NCBI GenBank assembly: GCA_964567555.1
Contig: CAZMNA010000004.1
Coordinates: 6,234-70,233 of the forward strand
From: an uncultured Candidatus Saccharibacteria bacterium
Lineage (GTDB): Bacteria; Patescibacteriota; Saccharimonadia; Saccharimonadales; UBA10212
Length of the DNA stretch: 64,000 nt
Reading direction: 5' to 3'
Part shown: positions 17,804 through 27,195 of the stretch, in pieces
Numbering within the stretch: the first letter of the stretch is position 1
Layout: each line of letters starts with the position of its first letter
Made by a program: the position numbers and the translations under genes
Notes under the pieces: generated by a model
What the model was told of the DNA's origin: nothing
Databases searched by the model: none
Seen by the model: the letters and a program-made list of their open reading frames with translations, nothing else

Positions 17804-19411
17804 ATGGTTCAAGATGCCGCCCGCGCTTTAGAAGAAGAATCCACAGCAAGTCGAGCCCAACTACTGGGCCTTGATTACGTTGATACGTCCCGCGTTCAAA
17901 AGCGTCTTTTCAAAGACATTTTAAAAGTGGCTGAAATGTACGAAATTAAAATGGTACCTCTGGTGGCTGATGCTCACAACATTCACTTTGGCATTACCAC
18001 GCATACCTCTCAGCAAACCATAGACGCCCTAAAGAAGCGTTTCACTGACCAGAGGTTAGTCTTTTCGCTTATTTCCGAGGCGGGTTTTCGTGATTATATG
18101 GCGCTTTATGATCCGCCGCCGGATGTCCATTACGAGGACATTGAATTTTCTAAAGGCTCGGGCGCCAACCAAAAAATTATTGAAGACGTCAGCCAAAGCC
18201 TGGGGCAGGTAAAGCCCGATGATATGCTGGCGTATTTAGTTAGCCAGGCCTATGGACTAAGTGCCAGTGATATTCACCTTGAAAATTTGCGAGACCGCGT
18301 CCGGGTCCGTTTTAGGGTTGATGGAGTCCTCCACCCGGTTGCATATATGGAGACAGAAAAATACCGGCACCTAATAGCGGCCATCGCTAGTGCAGCCAAC
18401 ATAAGCACGTCCGAAGCGGAGGCCCAGACTGGCCATATCAGCCGGTCTTATAAAATGGCAGATGGCACGAACGTAATGTTAAACCTCAGGATTGAATCAA
18501 TTACCAGTGTTTATGGAATGGATATTGTTATGCGACTTTTCAACCAGCGCTTGGAACTTTTCAAGCTAGAAAATTTGGGCTTGAGTGTATCGGAGGCTGA
18601 AAGAGTGAACGATGTGATTAGCCACCCCACTGGCATGGTCTTGGTAGTAGGGCCGACTGGATCGGGCAAGACGACCACTCTTTACTCCCTTATCAATACG
18701 CTCAATTCGCCAGAGCGGAAAATTATAACCTTAGAGGATCCAGTTGAATATAATTTACCCGGCGTCACCCAGATACCAGTTAGCGGCGGTCTGGACCGTC
18801 AAGATTTTGCTGAACATCTCAGAGCAGTTCTAAGATTAGATCCGGACATTGTTATGGTCGGGGAAATTCGTGACCCGGATACCGCCAGAACTGCTTTGCA
18901 GGCGGCCCTGACCGGCCATTTAGTCTTATCAACCTTCCATGGTGCCAGCGCGGCGGCGGCATTAACTAGAATGCTTGATATGGTCGGCCCGAATCCGCTT
19001 TTTGTCAGCGCCATCCACCTTGTCATGGCTCAGCGTCTAGTGCGCCGGCTAGACGACAAGAGTAAGCAGGGGTATATGCCCGACGAGTCGCTCAAGCGTC
19101 ATCTTAAGACGGTTATAGACTCTCTGCCCCCCTCCGTGACCCGCCCTAAGCTCGATAACATCAAACTCTATAGGCCCGGTGTTTCGCCGGACAATCCATT
19201 TGGCTACCGCCGCCAGCTGGCTATCCGCGAGCAGATGGTAATGACGCCTGGGGTAGTAAAAATTTTAAAACTGCCGCCCAACCAAATAACTTCCCAGATG
19301 CTTGAAGATGAAGCAGTTAAAGACGGCATGAAAACCATGCTACAAGACGGCGTACTAAAGGCTCTCGCGGGGCTGACCTCAATAGAAGAAATATATAGAG
19401 TTGTCGAGTAG
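17804..19411 (+). CDS. GspE/PilB-family secretion/type IV pilus assembly ATPase
   Basis: Walker A GPTGSGKTTT, ..LEDPVEY.., ..LRLDPDIVMVGEIRD.. and ..GHLVLSTFH.., plus an N-terminal T2SE_N-like region. Confidence 0.85.
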   Translation: MVQDAARALEEESTASRAQLLGLDYVDTSRVQKRLFKDILKVAEMYEIKMVPLVADAHNIHFGITTHTSQQTIDALKKRFTDQRLVFSLISEAGFRDYMALYDPPPDVHYEDIEFSKGSGANQKIIEDVSQSLGQVKPDDMLAYLVSQAYGLSASDIHLENLRDRVRVRFRVDGVLHPVAYMETEKYRHLIAAIASAANISTSEAEAQTGHISRSYKMADGTNVMLNLRIESITSVYGMDIVMRLFNQRLELFKLENLGLSVSEAERVNDVISHPTGMVLVVGPTGSGKTTTLYSLINTLNSPERKIITLEDPVEYNLPGVTQIPVSGGLDRQDFAEHLRAVLRLDPDIVMVGEIRDPDTARTALQAALTGHLVLSTFHGASAAAALTRMLDMVGPNPLFVSAIHLVMAQRLVRRLDDKSKQGYMPDESLKRHLKTVIDSLPPSVTRPKLDNIKLYRPGVSPDNPFGYRRQLAIREQMVMTPGVVKILKLPPNQITSQMLEDEAVKDGMKTMLQDGVLKALAGLTSIEEIYRVVE

Positions 19412-19454
19412 GGCTTGTAGGTAGCAGGCTTTTGCAGTAAAATAGACCCCTGTT

Positions 19455-20030
19455 ATGCAATCAGTTGCCCAAAAAATTATGAACGCACAAAAGAAGTCGG
19501 CTGTTGTTAATGTTAAGTCTGGCGATAGTGTTCGTGTCCACCAAAAAGTGGTTGAAGGGGGCAAAGAACGCATTCAGATTTTTGAGGGATTGGTGATTAA
19601 GACCGGCCGAGCGGCCAGCTTAACCAGTACTTTTACTGTACGTCGAGTTGCCAGTGGCGTCGGTGTAGAAAAGACTTTTCTAATTCATTCTCCGTCTATC
19701 TTGAAGGTGGAAGTCGTTCGTCGTAGTAAGGTCCGCCGGAACCGCCTAAATTACATGCGTCAGCTATCCGGCCGCAGCACTAGGTTGAGCGGAGTCGATT
19801 TTGATCGCGAGGCCGTCAATGCTGTACAAGACGACGCTGCCATCGCCGAGGAGGAGCGCATTCACGAGGAACAGACAGAAAATTATGATCCGGCCGAAGC
19901 CGAAGCCGCTAAGGCGGAGGCCAAAGCCGCTAAGGCCGAGGGCTCAGATGACACCGCTAAGTCAGAAGTAAACTCACCCGAAAAGCCAAGCGCCCAAGAC
20001 TCGCCGGCTAAAGACCAAAACAAACAATAA
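19455..20030 (+). CDS. rplS: 50S ribosomal protein L19 with ~75-aa acidic/Ala-Lys-rich C-terminal extension
   Basis: The L19 core (..[26 protein letters not shown]..) ends near aa 115. The tail contains [16 protein letters not shown] repeats. Confidence 0.9.
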   Translation: MQSVAQKIMNAQKKSAVVNVKSGDSVRVHQKVVEGGKERIQIFEGLVIKTGRAASLTSTFTVRRVASGVGVEKTFLIHSPSILKVEVVRRSKVRRNRLNYMRQLSGRSTRLSGVDFDREAVNAVQDDAAIAEEERIHEEQTENYDPAEAEAAKAEAKAAKAEGSDDTAKSEVNSPEKPSAQDSPAKDQNKQ

Positions 20031-20071
20031 AACTGGCGTCGACTACCTTAAATCTTATATCCTAATAACAA

Positions 20072-20644
20072 ATGGTTGGCGTAGACGAAGTTGGTCGGGG
20101 TTGTTTGGCGGGTCCGCTCCTAGTTGTTGCAGCCAGACCGCTGGGCAAACTGCCTGAGGGTCTAGACGACTCGAAAGTTCTGAGCCGAGCTCGCCGAGAG
20201 AAACTTTTTGAACTTTTGAGTGGCTGCTGTGAGTTTGGAGAGGGCTGGGTGACACCGACCCAAATCAATCGCTTGGGTCTGGCTGGCGCTATGCGCTTGG
20301 GCGTCCGCCGAGCCATGCGCTCCCTTGAAGTGGATAAAACTGAACTAGTTATCATGGACGGACGAGTCAACTATGCGCCCAAAATCTATACTAATGTTCA
20401 GTGCATTATTGATGGCGATGCACTAGTCCCATCAGTTTCGGCTGCCAGTGTCTATGCAAAAGTTAAAAGAGATAATTACATGCGAACCTTGGGTGAGCGA
20501 CACAGCCGATATGGCTTTAAAACCAATGTGGGCTACGGCACGATTGAACATCTTAAAGCCCTTGGCAAATACGGTTATCTCAAGACAGTTCACCGTCGCT
20601 ACTTTGGACCAGTCCGCCTGCTGGAACAGACAAAGCTATGCTGA
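20072..20644 (+). CDS. rnhB: Ribonuclease HII
   Basis: N-terminal VGVDEVGRGCLAGPL; 190 aa. Confidence 0.9.
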   Translation: MVGVDEVGRGCLAGPLLVVAARPLGKLPEGLDDSKVLSRARREKLFELLSGCCEFGEGWVTPTQINRLGLAGAMRLGVRRAMRSLEVDKTELVIMDGRVNYAPKIYTNVQCIIDGDALVPSVSAASVYAKVKRDNYMRTLGERHSRYGFKTNVGYGTIEHLKALGKYGYLKTVHRRYFGPVRLLEQTKLC

Positions 20645-20976
20645 GTACAGATATTGGCCAAAAGGCCGAGCAGAATGTGGCTGAATATTTGAATCAAAGA
20701 GGCTTTAAGATTCTTGTCCGAAACTGGCGCCGGCCTCGTTGTGAGGTAGATATTGTTGCCCAAAAAGACGAAGTTGTTTATTTTGTCGAAGTCAAATACC
20801 GGGGAAGCGATATCCAAGGCGAGGGCTTTGAATATGTAACCACGAAAAAACAAAAGCAGCTTTTATATGCGGCTAACCTGTGGTGCCAGGAAAGTAACTT
20901 TAGCGGAGACATGCGTCTATTGGCTGCGTCGGTTAGCGGAACTGATCTTAATAAAATAAACGTAGTAGAAATCTAA
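20638..20976 (+). CDS. yraN: YraN-family (UPF0102) endonuclease-like protein
   Basis: GQKAEQNVAEYLNQRGFKILVRNWR..CEVDIVA..VYFVEVKYR pattern. Overlaps the rnhB stop by 7 nt, a common synteny. Confidence 0.8.
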   Translation: MLSTDIGQKAEQNVAEYLNQRGFKILVRNWRRPRCEVDIVAQKDEVVYFVEVKYRGSDIQGEGFEYVTTKKQKQLLYAANLWCQESNFSGDMRLLAASVSGTDLNKINVVEI

Positions 20977-21006
20977 TTTTGACAGCCAGCCAACTTCTTT
21001 TTGAGC

Positions 21007-21012
21007 TATAAT
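21007..21012 (+). promoter_or_regulatory. -10 box TATAAT, 8 nt upstream of ATG 21021 (leaderless-type)
   Basis: gagcTATAATatttcctaATG. Confidence 0.5.
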
Positions 21013-21020
21013 ATTTCCTA

Positions 21021-22232
21021 ATGCCCTTTGTGCCGACCGACAAGATTTTAGATCGATACGCCAAAGTTATGGTTAATTATGCCTTGGGCGGGGGCAAAGG
21101 CATAAAGCCCGGGGATGTGGTTTTATTACAAGTACCGCTAAGCGCGCTGACTTTTTACAGAGCCCTCCGCAAGCAAATTCTACTAAGCGGTGGCTTGACG
21201 ATTGGCGGTCTCGCGGACGACATGAGCGGTGCCGGCCGCTACTTTTATGATAACGCCAACAAATGGCAGCTTACTAGTTTTATGGACAAATATTGGAAAG
21301 GTCTGGTAGAACAGGTGGATCACCGATTGGCCGTTCTGGCTGATCACGACGTGCACGAGCTGGACAAGGTTGATCCTAAAAAGATGATGCTGGTCCAAAA
21401 AAGCTCCAAACCCCTGATCAAGTGGTTCGGCCAAAAAGAAAATGCCGGCAAATATACCTGGAGCCTAGCCTTATACGGAACCGCTTCAATGGCAAAAGAG
21501 GCTGGGCTGAGCCAGCAAGACTACTGGAAGCAAATCATCAATGCTTGCTACCTCGACAAGGCAGACCCGATTGCGCAGTGGAAGCAAACATCCAAAGAAG
21601 TCCAGCGGGTTGCTACCAGGTTGACAGCTTTGAAAATAAAAAGTTTGCACGTCAAAGGACAGGATGCGGACTTGAAGGTCACTGTCGGCGAGCGGCGCAA
21701 ATGGCTAGGCGGCGGCGGCCGTAATATTCCAAGTTTTGAAGTGTTTACCTCGCCGGACTGGCGTGGTACGGAAGGCTGGGTGCGTTTTAATCAGCCTCTA
21801 TATTATTACGGGCCTAAGGTCGAGAGTATTCGTCTGGAATTTAAGGCAGGCCGAGTCGTGAGCGCCAGTGCTTCTAAAAATCAAAAGCTGCTTAAGGAAA
21901 TGTTAGCTACAGACGAAGGCGCTTCTCAATTAGGCGAATTTTCACTGACTGACAAACGCCTTAGCCGTATTAGCAAATTCATGGCTGAGACTCTTTTTGA
22001 TGAAAATATCGGCGGACCTTATGGCAATAACCATCTGGCGGTTGGCCGATCGTATGAAGACACTTTTGATGGCGATGTTTCGAGGTTGACCGACCACCAA
22101 ATCAAACGGCTTGGCTATAATGAGTCAGTCATTCATGTAGACATGATCTCAACTGCCGATAGAACCGTCAGCGCCGAACTACCCGGCGGAGCAGAAAAAG
22201 TAATCTATAAAAAGGGTCAGTTTACAGTCTAA
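21021..22232 (+). CDS. M29-family aminopeptidase (AmpS/PepS/aminopeptidase T-like)
   Basis: 403 aa. The N-terminal ..LDRYAKVMVNYALGGGKGIKPGDVVLLQ.. and overall layout resemble thermophilic metalloprotease M29. Confidence 0.7.
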   Translation: MPFVPTDKILDRYAKVMVNYALGGGKGIKPGDVVLLQVPLSALTFYRALRKQILLSGGLTIGGLADDMSGAGRYFYDNANKWQLTSFMDKYWKGLVEQVDHRLAVLADHDVHELDKVDPKKMMLVQKSSKPLIKWFGQKENAGKYTWSLALYGTASMAKEAGLSQQDYWKQIINACYLDKADPIAQWKQTSKEVQRVATRLTALKIKSLHVKGQDADLKVTVGERRKWLGGGGRNIPSFEVFTSPDWRGTEGWVRFNQPLYYYGPKVESIRLEFKAGRVVSASASKNQKLLKEMLATDEGASQLGEFSLTDKRLSRISKFMAETLFDENIGGPYGNNHLAVGRSYEDTFDGDVSRLTDHQIKRLGYNESVIHVDMISTADRTVSAELPGGAEKVIYKKGQFTV

Positions 22233-22300
22233 ACAGCGCGGCCTGCTTGCTCGGATTCGAATATTGGTAATAGTCCAAAAACTGTACAGCACACAGAAAA

Positions 22301-22309
22301 TGGTATATT
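22301..22309 (+). promoter_or_regulatory. Extended -10 TGgTATATT upstream of the nusA leader
   Basis: TG-n-TATATT at 22301-22309. The -35 is weak. Confidence 0.4.
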
Positions 22310-22322
22310 ATAAGACTCGTTG

Positions 22323-22347
22323 TCCGGCCAAATAGGTCGGATTTTTT
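22323..22347 (+). terminator. Terminator-like hairpin + U6 between the putative promoter and the nusA start (candidate attenuator)
   Basis: UCCGGCC (22323-22329) pairs with GGUCGGA (22335-22341): 7 bp including 1 G-U pair. Loop AAAUA, then U6 (22342-22347). Confidence 0.5.
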
Positions 22348-22353
22348 CATGCA

Positions 22354-23562
22354 ATGATTAAGGAATTAGAAAATATGGATATGGATTTTAAACAATTAGC
22401 TCAGGCGATAAAACTAATTGCCGAAGAAAAGAATCTGCCCGAAAATCAAGTGGCTGACATTGTCGAGCAAGCCCTAGCGGCAGCTTGGCGCCGGGACTAC
22501 GGAGAGCGAGACCAGGAAGTCAGGGTGACCATGAATCTCAATACCGGCGAAGTCACAGCGTTTGTTACAAAGGAAGTTGTAGGGCATGTAGAAGACCCGC
22601 ATATGCAAATTAACCTTGCTGAAGCTCAAGCCGTTCGCAAAAACGCAAAGCTTGGCGAGAGCGTGGAATTGATTCAAAAAATTGATGACTTTGGCCGCGT
22701 AGCCGCGCAGACAGCCAAGCAAGTTATAATGCAGCGCTTGCGAGAAGCTGAGCGTGAAATTGTGATGGCGGAATTTGAAGATAAAATCGGCACCCTAGTC
22801 AACGGAATAGTAACGCGTGTAGAGGGCCGGGTTGTTAGGGTTGAACTTGGTAGAGCCCAAGGGCTTTTGCCTGCCAGTGAGCAAATTCAGGGCGAGCGAT
22901 ACTACCCGGGCCAACGACTCAAGCTATTTTTGAAAGATGTTGAAAAAGGTCCACGCGGCCCGCAACTAATTGTTAGCCGTGGCGCCAAGGAATTTATTGA
23001 GCAGCTTTTCAGGGCTGAAGTACCCGAGATGGAATCGGGTGCAGTAGAAATTAAGGCTATTTCACGGGAAGCCGGCGTTCGCTCCAAGATTGCCGTTGCC
23101 AGTACTGTTCCGGGCGTAGACCCGGTCGGCACGTTCGTGGGCGGGCACGGTACGCGTATTAACGCCGTTCGGGACGAAATCGGCAATCAAGAGATGATTG
23201 ACATCATCGTTTGGGATGAAGACCTGGCAGTCTTTATAGCCAACGCGATGAAACCTGCCAATGTCGTGCGGGTTGAAATTGGCAACGACGGCAAAGCCAA
23301 AGTTTTCGTTGAAGATGATCAGCTATCAATAGCTATTGGCAAATCTGGACAAAATGTTCGGTTGGCTGGAAAGCTTACAGATCACGAGTTAGATGTAGAG
23401 GGCAAAGACGGTGGGCAAGCAAGCGCGAAGCCAGAGATCCAGAAGACTGAATCAAAGCCAGTAGTCCAAAAACTAAAGAAGAAATCAGACCTAGAAGATT
23501 CCCTTCTCAAAGCGATTGAGCAGCACGGGACTGAAGCCGAAGACAAAAAGGACTTATCGTAA
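22354..23562 (+). CDS. nusA: Transcription termination/antitermination factor NusA
   Basis: N-terminal domain, S1 (..GTLVNGIVTRVEGRVVRVELG..) and two KH domains (..PGVDPVGTFVGGHGTRINAV.., ..AIGKSGQNVRLAGKLT..). An in-frame ATG at 22375 with AGGA 10 nt upstream is an alternative start. Confidence 0.9.
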   Translation: MIKELENMDMDFKQLAQAIKLIAEEKNLPENQVADIVEQALAAAWRRDYGERDQEVRVTMNLNTGEVTAFVTKEVVGHVEDPHMQINLAEAQAVRKNAKLGESVELIQKIDDFGRVAAQTAKQVIMQRLREAEREIVMAEFEDKIGTLVNGIVTRVEGRVVRVELGRAQGLLPASEQIQGERYYPGQRLKLFLKDVEKGPRGPQLIVSRGAKEFIEQLFRAEVPEMESGAVEIKAISREAGVRSKIAVASTVPGVDPVGTFVGGHGTRINAVRDEIGNQEMIDIIVWDEDLAVFIANAMKPANVVRVEIGNDGKAKVFVEDDQLSIAIGKSGQNVRLAGKLTDHELDVEGKDGGQASAKPEIQKTESKPVVQKLKKKSDLEDSLLKAIEQHGTEAEDKKDLS

Positions 23563-23563
23563 A

Positions 23564-23590
23564 TTAGCACTCTTGACTTGAGAGTGCTAA
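23564..23590. promoter_or_regulatory. CIRCE (HrcA operator) inverted repeat upstream of clpC
   Basis: TTAGCACTC-ttgacttga-GAGTGCTAA matches the consensus TTAGCACTC-N9-GAGTGCTAA at 18 of 18 positions. Confidence 0.8.
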
Positions 23591-23603
23591 TTTGTGGTAT
23601 CAT
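23574..23603 (+). promoter_or_regulatory. Candidate sigma70-type promoter overlapping CIRCE
   Basis: TTGACT (23574-23579, inside the CIRCE spacer), an 18-nt spacer, then TGgTATCAT (23595-23603). A second, leaderless-type TATAAT lies at 23661-23666, 9 nt before ATG 23676. Confidence 0.5.
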
Positions 23604-23675
23604 TTTTATATGCGGCTAGTGCCGTAAACTTGCTCACAGAAAGCTGTAAGCTACAAAGAATATAATCATCCAAAT

Positions 23676-26171
23676 ATGATTCCAAATTCACCAGATTTTC
23701 AAGAATTTTTGTCGCACCTAACCAATAACGCGCTGCATAGCCTAAAGCACGCTGACGCTATAGCCCGCGCTAGTGGCAGTGCCTATATTGGTACAGAGCA
23801 CCTACTGCTTGGAGTACTGGCTCAAGAAGGATCCATTGCTTCTAAAATATTAGAAAATTCCGGCATTACTCTTGATCGTGCCCGGCTAGCCTTAAACCTT
23901 ACTCCAAAAACTTTAGTCATAAATATGGGCGGCAAAGGCTTATCTGAGACTGCAAAGCTCACCCTAAAGATGGCCTGGGAGATTGCCCAGGAATTCGGCC
24001 AAGATTACTGCGGCACAGAGCACGTCTTATATAGCATCTTGAGTCAAAAAAATGCCCGGGCTACCACATTACTCAAGGACATGAACGTGGACGTTGATAA
24101 CTTATCGGGCGAGGTAGAGCAGTTTCTTAATCGGCAACAGTTTGAAGCCGACGGTGCAGCGAGCAACAATCGGCGGCGCGGCAAAGCTGGCAAACAATCC
24201 GCCCTAGAACTCTTTGGTTCGGATCTGACTAAGTTAGCGCGCGACGGCAAACTGGACCCGGTAGTTGGTCGTGAACCCCAGATTAAACGGGTAATTACAA
24301 TTTTAAACCGCCGGACGAAGAACAATCCGGTATTAATCGGGGAACCAGGCGTCGGCAAGACGGCTATCGTTGAGGGCATCGCTCAGAGGATCGTAAATGA
24401 AGAAGTCCCCGACTCGCTTTTAGATAAACGAATTATTACGCTAGACCTGGCCGGCATGATTGCAGGCACTAAGTACCGCGGCGAATTTGAAGATCGTCTT
24501 AAAAAAGTCCTGGCAGAACTTGAGCAGGATAAAAATACGATAGTCTTTATTGACGAGTTGCACTTGATTGTTGGTGCTGGCGCTGCTGAAGGCTCAATGG
24601 ATGCAGGTAATATATTAAAACCCAGCCTCGCTCGCGGCAAAATCCAGCTGGTTGGTGCAACTACAACAGATGAATACTCAAAGCATGTCGAAAAGGACGC
24701 GGCCTTAGAGCGCCGATTCCAGCCTGTCCAGGTGCCCGAGGCTACACCCGCGGAGACACTCGCTATCCTAAAAGGCCTCAGAAGTCATTATGAAGAGTTC
24801 CATAATGTCAAAGCATCTGACGAAGTCTTGGAAGATACAGTCAATTTTGCTCGCCGTTACATCAATGACCGCTATATGCCCGATAAGGCAATTGACCTGC
24901 TCGATGAGACGGCAGCCTACTTGCGGGTTAACCTTGGCAAAACCCCGCCTCAACTTCGAGGGCTACAAAAAGAACTAAAGCTAATCAACAGTCGGATTGA
25001 TGACGCAGTGGATAATGAGGATTACGAGAAAGCGGCCGTAGAAAAGCAAAAGGCCAGTGTATTAAATGAAAAGATTACCAAGCTGGAAGAAACGCACAAG
25101 ACGGGCAAGGCCATTATTATGAGAAGCGATGACGTGGCAGAAACGGTTGCTCGTATGACAGGAGTCCCGGTAACCAAAGTTATTCGCTCAGAAGCAAAAT
25201 ATCTGATTAACCTTGAAAAGAATTTGGCTAAATATGTCATCGGACAAGAAGAGGCCGTGTCAATGGTTGCCAAGGCCGTTCGCCGCTCTCGTTCAGGCAT
25301 ATCCAGCGAAAAGCGTCCGATTGGTTCATTCATTTTTCTTGGACCAACCGGAGTGGGTAAGACCGAATTAGCTCGGGTACTGGCGAGGGAATTTTTCGGC
25401 TCTGAGGATGCTCTTATTAAAATTGATATGAGCGAATTCGGTGAACACCACACTGTCGCCCGTTTGGTGGGGGCACCAGCCGGCTATGTTGGCTACGATG
25501 ACGGCGGTCAGCTAACCGATAAGGTTCGCCGCCAGCCCTACTCCGTAGTGTTGTTTGATGAAATCGAAAAGGCCCATCCGGACATATTCAACATTCTTTT
25601 ACAGATTCTTGAGGACGGTCATCTTGCCGATGCCAAAGGTCGTAGGATTGATTTTTCAAATACCATAGTCATTATGACCTCTAACATTGGTGCCGATAAG
25701 CTCCAGAAGGAAGCTAGCTTTGGCTTTAGCGCCATTAATCCGGGTGCCCTGGGTAACCTAGATGAGTTGCATGAATCTAACAAGGCTAAAGTCACTGACG
25801 ATTTAAAGAAGATAATGCGCCCTGAACTTTTAAACCGGATTGATAAGGTTGTCGTCTTCCGGGCACTGTCCAAAAAAGACGTCATGAGTATACTTGATCT
25901 TCAACTGGACGAGTTGCGTTCGCGGTTAATCAAAAAAGGTATCGGTCTTGATGTTAACGAACAAGCCAAGCAATACCTACTAGAGAACGGCTACGACGCC
26001 CACAATGGTGCTAGGCCAATGCGGCGCCTTCTGCAAGAGACCGTTGAGGATGCTATTGCCGCCGGCCTTCTGGATGAGAGCTACCATAAAGGTGATGTGG
26101 TGACTGTGGCGATTAAACAGAGTCCGCGCTCAGAAAAGACAGAATTAGTTTACGCAGCGTCACCAGAATAG
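23676..26171 (+). CDS. clpC: ATP-dependent Clp protease ATP-binding subunit ClpC
   Basis: Two Clp_N repeats, two AAA+ modules ([13 protein letters not shown]; [12 protein letters not shown]) and a UVR-like linker (..[14 protein letters not shown]..). Confidence 0.9.
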   Translation: MIPNSPDFQEFLSHLTNNALHSLKHADAIARASGSAYIGTEHLLLGVLAQEGSIASKILENSGITLDRARLALNLTPKTLVINMGGKGLSETAKLTLKMAWEIAQEFGQDYCGTEHVLYSILSQKNARATTLLKDMNVDVDNLSGEVEQFLNRQQFEADGAASNNRRRGKAGKQSALELFGSDLTKLARDGKLDPVVGREPQIKRVITILNRRTKNNPVLIGEPGVGKTAIVEGIAQRIVNEEVPDSLLDKRIITLDLAGMIAGTKYRGEFEDRLKKVLAELEQDKNTIVFIDELHLIVGAGAAEGSMDAGNILKPSLARGKIQLVGATTTDEYSKHVEKDAALERRFQPVQVPEATPAETLAILKGLRSHYEEFHNVKASDEVLEDTVNFARRYINDRYMPDKAIDLLDETAAYLRVNLGKTPPQLRGLQKELKLINSRIDDAVDNEDYEKAAVEKQKASVLNEKITKLEETHKTGKAIIMRSDDVAETVARMTGVPVTKVIRSEAKYLINLEKNLAKYVIGQEEAVSMVAKAVRRSRSGISSEKRPIGSFIFLGPTGVGKTELARVLAREFFGSEDALIKIDMSEFGEHHTVARLVGAPAGYVGYDDGGQLTDKVRRQPYSVVLFDEIEKAHPDIFNILLQILEDGHLADAKGRRIDFSNTIVIMTSNIGADKLQKEASFGFSAINPGALGNLDELHESNKAKVTDDLKKIMRPELLNRIDKVVVFRALSKKDVMSILDLQLDELRSRLIKKGIGLDVNEQAKQYLLENGYDAHNGARPMRRLLQETVEDAIAAGLLDESYHKGDVVTVAIKQSPRSEKTELVYAASPE

Positions 26172-26194
26172 GTTTTGTTATACTCTAAAACCAG

Positions 26195-27175
26195 ATGAGT
26201 TCTATCAAGCTTGGTCGTCTAATTTGTTTTGCTGCCCTAATAGCTATGCTGACTTTTGGCTGGCTAAATGCCAATGCCATATCCGATTGGCTGAAGCTGC
26301 GTGGCTACTCGCCCTCGCCCCAAATTTCTACCCTGGCAGCCGAGGATACCATGACTGCTTATACCAAGCATCTTTTCTATGTTGACCATCCCCAGCTAAT
26401 TGCAAGTGTTAATGAATTTAGGCAGGATTGCCCTGATAGCCCCAGCACTATTGTACTTGGCTGTTATCACCCTGGCCTAAACGGCATTTATATATATAAC
26501 GTGGCTTCGCCAAAATTAGCTGGCGTAACTCAGGTAACGGCGGCTCACGAGGTCTTGCACGCCGTCTATGAACGCCTAAGTTCTTCAGATCGAAGCAAGC
26601 TGAACTCAGAGCTGGAAGAATATTATAAAAACAAGCTTAGCGATCCACGCGTCTTGGATGAGGTAAGAATATATCAGCAGACCGAGCCAAATGACGTTTA
26701 TGATGAAATGAGCTGTACGTTCGGCACAGAGATTGCTAACCTACCGACGTCTCTAAGCGACTACTATAAAAAATATTTCGGCGATCGTTTAAAAGTGGTC
26801 GCTTACGAGACCCAGTACGAGAGCGCTTTTACTAGCCGCCAAGCCGAGTTATCGGCTGACGATATCAAGCTAAGTATCTTAAAAAGTCAAATCGACAGCC
26901 AGCAAGCTGAGCTGCAAGTCCAACTCAGCCAGATTAACTCTGACAAGGCTCGTCTTGATAGTGAACGGGCCGCTGGCGACTATTCTTCGTATAACTCCGG
27001 CGTCCTTGCCTACAACAGTGAAATTGATGCGTATAACTCAAAAGTAAACCAGCTCCGCTTGAATATAAGTACCTACAACAGCCTTGTCGCCCAGCGGAAC
27101 CAAATTGCCACTGATTTAGCGGCTCTTCAGAAATCGCTCGATACCCGAACCGTACCCCAGGCAGTCGGTCGGTAA
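26195..27175 (+). CDS. Hypothetical membrane-anchored protein with HExxH motif and C-terminal coiled coil
   Basis: N-terminal TM (LICFAALIAMLTFGWL), ..TAAHEVLHAVYE.. (HExxH), and a C-terminal ~110 aa of heptad-like Q/S/L repeats with recurring YNS. Confidence 0.6.
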   Translation: MSSIKLGRLICFAALIAMLTFGWLNANAISDWLKLRGYSPSPQISTLAAEDTMTAYTKHLFYVDHPQLIASVNEFRQDCPDSPSTIVLGCYHPGLNGIYIYNVASPKLAGVTQVTAAHEVLHAVYERLSSSDRSKLNSELEEYYKNKLSDPRVLDEVRIYQQTEPNDVYDEMSCTFGTEIANLPTSLSDYYKKYFGDRLKVVAYETQYESAFTSRQAELSADDIKLSILKSQIDSQQAELQVQLSQINSDKARLDSERAAGDYSSYNSGVLAYNSEIDAYNSKVNQLRLNISTYNSLVAQRNQIATDLAALQKSLDTRTVPQAVGR

Positions 27176-27195
27176 TATAAGTTAAAATATAACGT

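Noticed and set aside
17784-17831. 15-codon ORF (MVGKDKKWFKMPPAL*) starting 14 nt after TATAAT 17764-17769 and overlapping the PilB-like start out of frame
   Set aside because: It is very short and the spacing is less regular than in the other leaderless-type cases. Nothing distinguishes it from chance.
23564-23590. The CIRCE palindromes (here and at 39606-39632) might simply be the transcription terminators of nusA and tig
   Set aside because: Neither is followed by a U-tract. Both match an 18-position operator consensus and share 19 identical nucleotides, which is not expected for independent terminators. A dual role cannot be excluded.
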